Shown here one piece after another: positions 51,101 through 55,708 of a DNA stretch of 55,708 nt. Where the stretch lies: contig ADNK01000032.1 in the NCBI GenBank assembly GCA_000320545.1, forward strand, positions 1 to 55,708. Direction: 5' to 3'. Origin of the DNA: Bigelowiella natans CCMP2755 (taxonomy: Eukaryota > Protista > Cercozoa). Position numbers and translations under genes: made by a program. The notes under the pieces were generated by a model. The model made no database searches. It was not told the DNA's origin and saw nothing but the letters and a program-made list of their open reading frames with translations. Every line of letters starts with the position of its first letter. Positions within the stretch are counted from its first letter, which is position 1.

Positions 51101-52537
51101 GGCGACTTCCTGCCTGAGCCAGAGGAGCTCCAGCACCTTCAAGAACACCTGGATAAATACAAACACAAGCATGAGGTACTTAGTGATAGGATATATGTAT
51201 ACACTAATAATGTTAGGCGTACCTACGTGCCACGGCGGACCAGGGGAGCCCTTCTCTTTACCGCCCATGGACCTGCACACGTAGGAGAAAACCATATCAC
51301 TGCTCTACTCTACCATTACTACTGGCCCTACAAGCTAAAAGAGATAAGGACATACCTGCGTGGCTGCAGGTGCTCCAGCTTGAAGGCGGCAGGTGTCGCC
51401 ACCAAGGAGTCCAGCAAGAGCCGTGCATCTAAGAAAATCAAAGCAAGGAACTTCTTAGATATCGTGCAAATTGATGTTTATAAGTACGATGGCTATCACT
51501 ACCTTACCTTCGTTGATGTGGCCACTGGAAAGTGCTGGGTTAAAAAGATTATCAAGGTCAACGTTGCTAAGAAGAACAAAGGCTTATATAAGCAGAGGCT
51601 TACTAACTGCTACCGTACCTGGGAGTCTGAGCTCCAGGCTATCCCTGATGAAGTTAGCATAAACAAGATACCAAAGAAATTACATGTGGATAATGAGACC
51701 TCTCTTCTACAGCTACCACACCCTAATATTGATGCCTCACCTGTATACTATGCCCAGTCCAACTCCAAGGTAGAGCGACTCCACCGCACCTTGGCCAACC
51801 TAAGCAGGATAAATAGCACCACACCAGACAAGATACAAGGGTTAGTAAACGACACCTTCACGTCTGGGGGAGGTATCAAGGATAAGGAGAGGGAAGAAGG
51901 CGACGACAACGACGACGATACCGAGAGCGAAGACGAGAAGGTCCCGTACGATGGCCGAGTTCTAAAGGAAGGACAGTATGTTAGGGCCAAGGTAAATCTG
52001 AGATCGAGAAATAAACAAGACCCCTTCTGGGGTGGCGTTGCAAAGGTTACCGAGAGGAAGGGGAGGAAGCAGTACTACATCTATGATGGGAACAGGGTCA
52101 CCTTGCGCCACATCAGTCACCTAAAGAATTATGATATCGGTGAGAAGCTCCTAGAGGATGTTAAAGTAAACCCTACTGTGTGGGAGCGAGCCATGCCTTG
52201 TTTAGGACCCCGACCTAAGTTCGATGTGGAATATGGAAACAATAAGGTCAGGGTGAACGACGATTGGCGCATGAAGATTGTCTATCTAGGCTACCCTGGA
52301 TTACGAAATATGGAGAGGGTAGCTATGAAAATAAAGGACGGAAAATATCAGCTACTCTACCTAGCTGTTCCCGACTTACCCTTTGAGCACTGGTATAAGG
52401 TCCTGGGGGACCTTGATGCAGAGGGCTGGTATGGACACGAACCTAAGGACGAAGGTGAGTTCTGGGTAAGCGACAAAGGAGATAAGGTTAGAGAGGAATC
52501 TATTACCTGGTGGTTGGTGAAGTTCCGAAAGCGATAA
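48131..52537 (+). CDS. Gag-Pol polyprotein (1468 aa): Gag with CCHC knuckle, aspartic protease, truncated RT, RNase H, integrase, C-terminal MTase-like domain
   Basis: CGYCSRKGKHTAKDC; ALWDSGS...LLLGQDAL; IEPSNSPWN...TPKIDDV...YYSSLDKNESYMQ; LWTDWSKLGMAAVLTQ...TDHKPL...ADYFSR; IVQIDV...FVDVATG...HVDNE...SNSKVERLHRTL. Confidence 0.93.
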   Translation: MLQQLEEQQDFGSQAVQGHEQKQERKGDTDAKEGGGTPPQAPPGPAPGIKKADAAAEALENFYEADDEDVAAESKKVVMALRALRPRASNYAKLKVSIEYKYQTHDVWAAIMQDIMDYEADLPPEWAALFRNDGGLGASRGTTQSTVKQQQPVQRNTQFTSVKTAPVMITKYNGKRGEARRWWKNARSILCDFTPNPTENDKLKWLAIIKQAMDLYETGRTRIRQLEKIHTTVSGLRDVEAIMKAFVNEQDANSLPQAIRKYRAMMQHEREPVRDFATRFQDMIDELHDFNYNTGDDQARFEEFKLKIKESTYVTEKGYTTMEAAVRAISLREQEQDRKFTSPKVPGIGNINAIKPQRDWYKDREGNRRCGYCSRKGKHTAKDCRDRKEGRPRMTIRQLNEHYEKLKRKKGRGQGYNNSKWQGSNNGKNNKYKNKKQNSINAIQQQINGILDHLKQAPTKTAVPATQDQDKPMTLDDIKNLGVCNINDEDANRTIKVAMTKVKVKDSYGDYKKLPALWDSGSMPKSFISLSTVRRLGLLDQVTKKERKYAQADGSSSMKTVGELMLKLQIPGSDAETQIKTRVAMTLSMELLLGQDALEKLGGIISFYNHKIYYAKLPKKSGRTISQNMIRLDEWTSESSVNALEFMDLADNKLPTPTELRKKNPGKTIRQITELLDKTPPADDWDIDKGKKYINKILNEKYSDITKPTTKPSSKLTPVKIELKEGYEECIINDPEHRRPEADWEKIEWQINEWAKEGKIEPSNSPWNVRHVLAKKPTYPFFRLAHNFIRHNRVIKRIQTPTPKIDDVIEHVIGYKYYSSLDKNESYMQTPIHKTSRPNTLLNAKLDTTRPATLWTDWSKLGMAAVLTQDQQIIRVWGRACTAAEAKYSPTKGEYKAMTEAQRKLRYYLLSVPSFTLMTDHKPLLGIDRKLEAPNDEYAAMRADTEEFRDKRTVVYAPGDKQLADYFSRLFEKKVPTQVTPMVNAITFEDGDFLPEPEELQHLQEHLDKYKHKHEVLSDRIYVYTNNVRRTYVPRRTRGALLFTAHGPAHVGENHITALLYHYYWPYKLKEIRTYLRGCRCSSLKAAGVATKESSKSRASKKIKARNFLDIVQIDVYKYDGYHYLTFVDVATGKCWVKKIIKVNVAKKNKGLYKQRLTNCYRTWESELQAIPDEVSINKIPKKLHVDNETSLLQLPHPNIDASPVYYAQSNSKVERLHRTLANLSRINSTTPDKIQGLVNDTFTSGGGIKDKEREEGDDNDDDTESEDEKVPYDGRVLKEGQYVRAKVNLRSRNKQDPFWGGVAKVTERKGRKQYYIYDGNRVTLRHISHLKNYDIGEKLLEDVKVNPTVWERAMPCLGPRPKFDVEYGNNKVRVNDDWRMKIVYLGYPGLRNMERVAMKIKDGKYQLLYLAVPDLPFEHWYKVLGDLDAEGWYGHEPKDEGEFWVSDKGDKVREESITWWLVKFRKR

Positions 52538-52580
52538 AGGTCTAAGGGAATAAGGAAGGAAGGAAGGAGCAACGTGACTT

Positions 52581-52588
52581 GGGGGAGG
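52581..52588 (+). promoter_or_regulatory. Polypurine tract
   Basis: GGGGGAGG directly precedes the 3' LTR, with a purine-rich AAGGAAGG run further upstream. Confidence 0.85.
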
Positions 52589-52913
52589 TGTAGCGCGTAC
52601 TACTACGCGAGCACAAGTCACGTGCGACAACAAAGGGGTTGTCGCGGATATAGAATATAGATAACGTAGATATTAATACAGTATAGGCACGTGGGTTCCG
52701 GCGGGACTCATGGCAGCACACCGGAAGTGTGCTGCCCCACGTGCGGCGGCATTCGCGAAAGCTTCGCGAATGATTACGCAGTGCACGATTTAATAAAAAT
52801 ATAATCTTTAATAAAAATGAACATAACTCTTCAAAAGGAAGCAAACGTGCCTTCCCCCCCCCTGCCTACTTGTGCACGTAGCGCCTCGGCCTGTGAACAC
52901 CTTACGCGCAACA
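52589..52913 (+). repeat. 3' LTR (325 bp)
   Basis: Identical to the 5' LTR and followed by TSD GCAA. Confidence 0.96.
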
Positions 52914-53500
52914 GCAACTGGTGCAACGTGTTTTGCACTCTGAAAACAGACCCTGTGAATGTGAGAAGTCAAGGCACGTTGTCAACTCCAGTGATGCATC
53001 GCACCCTGTCAGTCAGTCTGGCAGTTCAAGTGGCAACGTCTGAGTTTGTTCGTTGCTGATCAGTGATGCGTGTTGATTCCAGCTGTTCCAGTGTTGCATC
53101 GGATTTGGGAGCAAATCCCAAATCCAATTTTGCACTTCAAGCTAGCAAGTGTTTGCTAGTTCAGTTCGGGTGGTGTCAGACTCCCATGCCAGCACGCTTC
53201 CGCAAAGGAAACAGCGACAGCTTGTGTTTGTCAAGTGGTGTTTGTGGCCTCATTCAAAAGGTTCAAGTCTTTTCACGTGCCAGCGTGTCAGTCGTACTGG
53301 CTAGCTGGCTAGCTGGCTGCAGCTGGCATGGTCGTCCTCACGATGGGAACGTCTAGACATTGATGAGTTGTCAATCATTGTTCTCTTGCGATGGGAACAT
53401 CGATGAGGGAACTTGATGTGAGCTGAGTCTGCGATGCGAAACACAGATGCAGCTGTTCCTGGTGTGAAAAAAATGCGCCGAAATGAATCATTGCCCATTG
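52914..53500. repeat. TpA-depleted tract (right part, continuation of 46950-47766)
   Basis: Manual count gives 6 TA in ~587 bp, 5 of them in CTAG. No TA in 52914-53142. Confidence 0.85.
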
Positions 53501-54529
53501 TCCTCCTATTTCACTGTTTTCTTGACTGAACGTTCAGTCGCTTCCCCTTCATGATAGTCGATATCTGACAAACTTACATCATCTGATAAAAAGGGTCGAA
53601 ATCTGAAGTCGTAGAATGAAAATGTTCACATTGAATGCCAGATTTTTGTGACTTTCTATTGCTATTGTTTCAGTTATTTTGTTACACAAAATGCAACCGA
53701 ATCAAATCATTCTAGGCATCAAATCAGATTAGATGACCACATTTTAAAAAATACGTGTCTCTTCATCTATTCAAAATCAATTATTTTATCTGTATATAAG
53801 CAAAAATGTAGTATAAACTGTATTCTATGAATAAATTATAATAAAAATTGGCACTGAATATTTTAGGGATCTCCTCTTGTGGGGAGTAAGTTGGGCGCGG
53901 TACCTGCATGTCACTTATATTTTTCTTTTCAAGAGACTTCCTTGGTACATTTTGTACCAGAATAAAATATATATTCTCTGATGCAACTCTAATCAATCGT
54001 TCCATTCTCAGTTTATTTATATATAAGTATAATTTTTATCAATCCTATTTATTTTCTATTTACATACCATTACTTGCATAATGTAATAAATACATTGTAA
54101 AACTTTTTTTTAAAAAATATAAGAGAAAATTATTTGTAATTTCAGTCAACTATTTGATCGGTTCGTTTATTTTTGAATTGGTAGCACCAAGAAATTGATG
54201 TATTATTTTATAAGAGACTAGACATAAGTTATGTCTTTATATATAAATTAATGACATTTACCTGTTGTCCTAGTGTAAGTCACGCCACCAAAGAGCCCCA
54301 TCAAGAGCGATGCAGGAGGATCCTTTTCAAATCCAATAATCTACAAAAAAATGTAGCAAATTTATGGAATAAATTACATTAAATATTAATGACAACATAA
54401 ATATCTTGTCGTATAATAAAAGTAGAGTTGAAGTATCGCTTGATTAGTGTTACCTTACGTTTTATTCCTGTTGCCGAGAATAACTAAGACACAGACTCGA
54501 GGCAGTATCTCCCCCCCCATTAGCGAAAC

Positions 54530-55513
54530 ATGCCGCGCTCTTCCCTGAATTTATCTGTGTGCATTGCGTTGTCCGTTGTGGGCATCCTTTGCTTAATGGC
54601 CTTCAAGGCAGGACATGGTATTTCAAATCAACAATATAAAGTTGGGTTCTAGCTGGGAGGTTGGGTTCTGTAAGTGCGCACATAAGTCTCCATTTTTAGT
54701 ACTACAACGACGTAAGTAGACATAATAATATCGTTTGAATAATCATTCCCCCTAAAATTTTCAGGAAAACTTGGAAGAAGTTTGACCAGGACATCAAATA
54801 CTTTCAGAGCTCCTGTCTCCACGAGACAGAGCTTAATGCGAATGATGCGTACACCAAATGCTGCCGCAACTGAAAAAGCTGTTGACACTGAGCCATACGT
54901 ATTCACCCCACCCACATTGGACCCCAACACGCCAATGCCTCGTTTCCAAGGAAACACCGGAGGTCTTCTTCGATCTGCCTCCTTCCAGGAGTTCTACGCA
55001 ATCACCTTCGAATCGCCTAAGGACCAAATATTTGAAATGCCAACTGGGGGTGCTGCAGAAATGCGCAAGGGAAAGAACCTTGTCAAGTTCGCCCGTAAGG
55101 AACAATGCCTTGCTCTCTTGACTCAGCTTCGCACCAAGTTCAAGATAGATGGATTCATCTACCGCATCAATCAAGCTAAGGGAGGTGAGGTTGAATACCT
55201 GCACCCTAAAGACGGTATCTACCCAGAAAAGGTTCATCCCGGAGCTGCAACCAGCCGTGGACCTCCTAAGCTCTACAACTGGGAAACTGAACCTCTTGCA
55301 GGACCCCCCCTCCGATGCGATGTCCCACGTTGGGCATACGGTGATGAGGGTCAGCTTGCTCCTACCCCTCTTTTCTTCCTGTGGCCTTTCATCTACGCAT
55401 ACAAGTTCATCTTCAACGAGCCTCCTCAGTACCGATTCAGCGATCCAGAAAAGCTTAAGGTTGGCCCTCCAGAGGACTGGGACATGGAAGCTTACTGGCG
55501 TGGAAAGGAATAG
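54530..55513 (+). CDS. psaD: Photosystem I subunit II (PsaD), nucleus-encoded, bipartite plastid leader, atypical C-terminus
   Basis: Exons 54530-54617, 54700-54711 and 54765-55513. Leader [25 protein letters not shown] plus an R/S/T-rich transit-like segment. Core [10 protein letters not shown]...[29 protein letters not shown]...[13 protein letters not shown]. Confidence 0.95.
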
Positions 55514-55708
55514 GTTTTCTATCAGAACAGCTGTGTGGCCTGAACTCGTCCACACACTCAACTTTCAATCAGAAATATTATGAGTGTGCAAAGAGATTAT
55601 CATTCGCTTGTGTGGACGACAGCGAATATTCTAGTCGATAGGTTCCTCTTCTGCAAAGTCACATCGTTAAATTTATACCGAAAACATATCTACTATATTC
55701 GTAGCGGA

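Larger units (their letters stand above)
47767..52913 (+). mobile_element. Ty3/Gypsy-like LTR retrotransposon, recent insertion, RT-defective
   Basis: Identical 325-bp LTRs with TG...CA ends and TGTAGCGCGTA/TACGCGCAACA terminal inverted repeats. 4-bp TSD GCAA at 47763-47766 and 52914-52917. PBS and PPT present. Domain order PR-RT-RH-IN. Confidence 0.96.

Noticed and set aside
54833-55583. Long antisense (54833..55561) and alternative-frame ORFs over psaD
   Set aside because: Shadow ORFs of the psaD codon pattern, with no motifs.
1-55708. Nucleomorph or prokaryotic origin, CRISPR arrays, tRNA/rRNA genes
   Set aside because: Introns are ~50-400 nt GT-AG rather than 18-21 nt. No repeat-spacer array or structural RNA gene was recognisable by eye.

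Overview
Intron-rich eukaryotic nuclear DNA. A nucleus-encoded, green-type PsaD with a signal peptide plus transit-like leader suggests a secondary green-plastid alga, most likely a chlorarachniophyte (inference). Host genes in order: a large acidic/coiled-coil protein (+), MINDY deubiquitinase (-), a small unknown coiled-coil/hydrophobic protein (-), TM9SF/endomembrane protein 70 (+), an MFSD6-like MFS transporter (-), an FKBP PPIase (-), a plant-Shaker-like K+ channel with CNBD and ankyrin repeats (+), SART1/Snu66 (-), a roughly 20-module PPC-like (GDPDLY) type I membrane protein (+) and PsaD with a novel C-terminal extension (+). A recent Ty3/Gypsy-like LTR element (47767-52913) has identical 325-bp LTRs and a GCAA target-site duplication. 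Its single gag-pol ORF lacks the RT catalytic core through an in-frame deletion and ends in a degenerate DIRS-type DNA adenine methyltransferase-like domain. The most striking unexplained signal is compositional. The intergenic DNA downstream of each gene 3' end that can be assessed is CTAG-enriched, and in the longer spacers it is almost free of TpA outside CTAG while rich in TG/CA/CG. Divergent promoter regions, introns and the fresh LTR insertion are TpA-rich. This looks like the footprint of a region-targeted TpA->TpG/CpA hypermutation or base-modification system acting on termination zones or old repeats.
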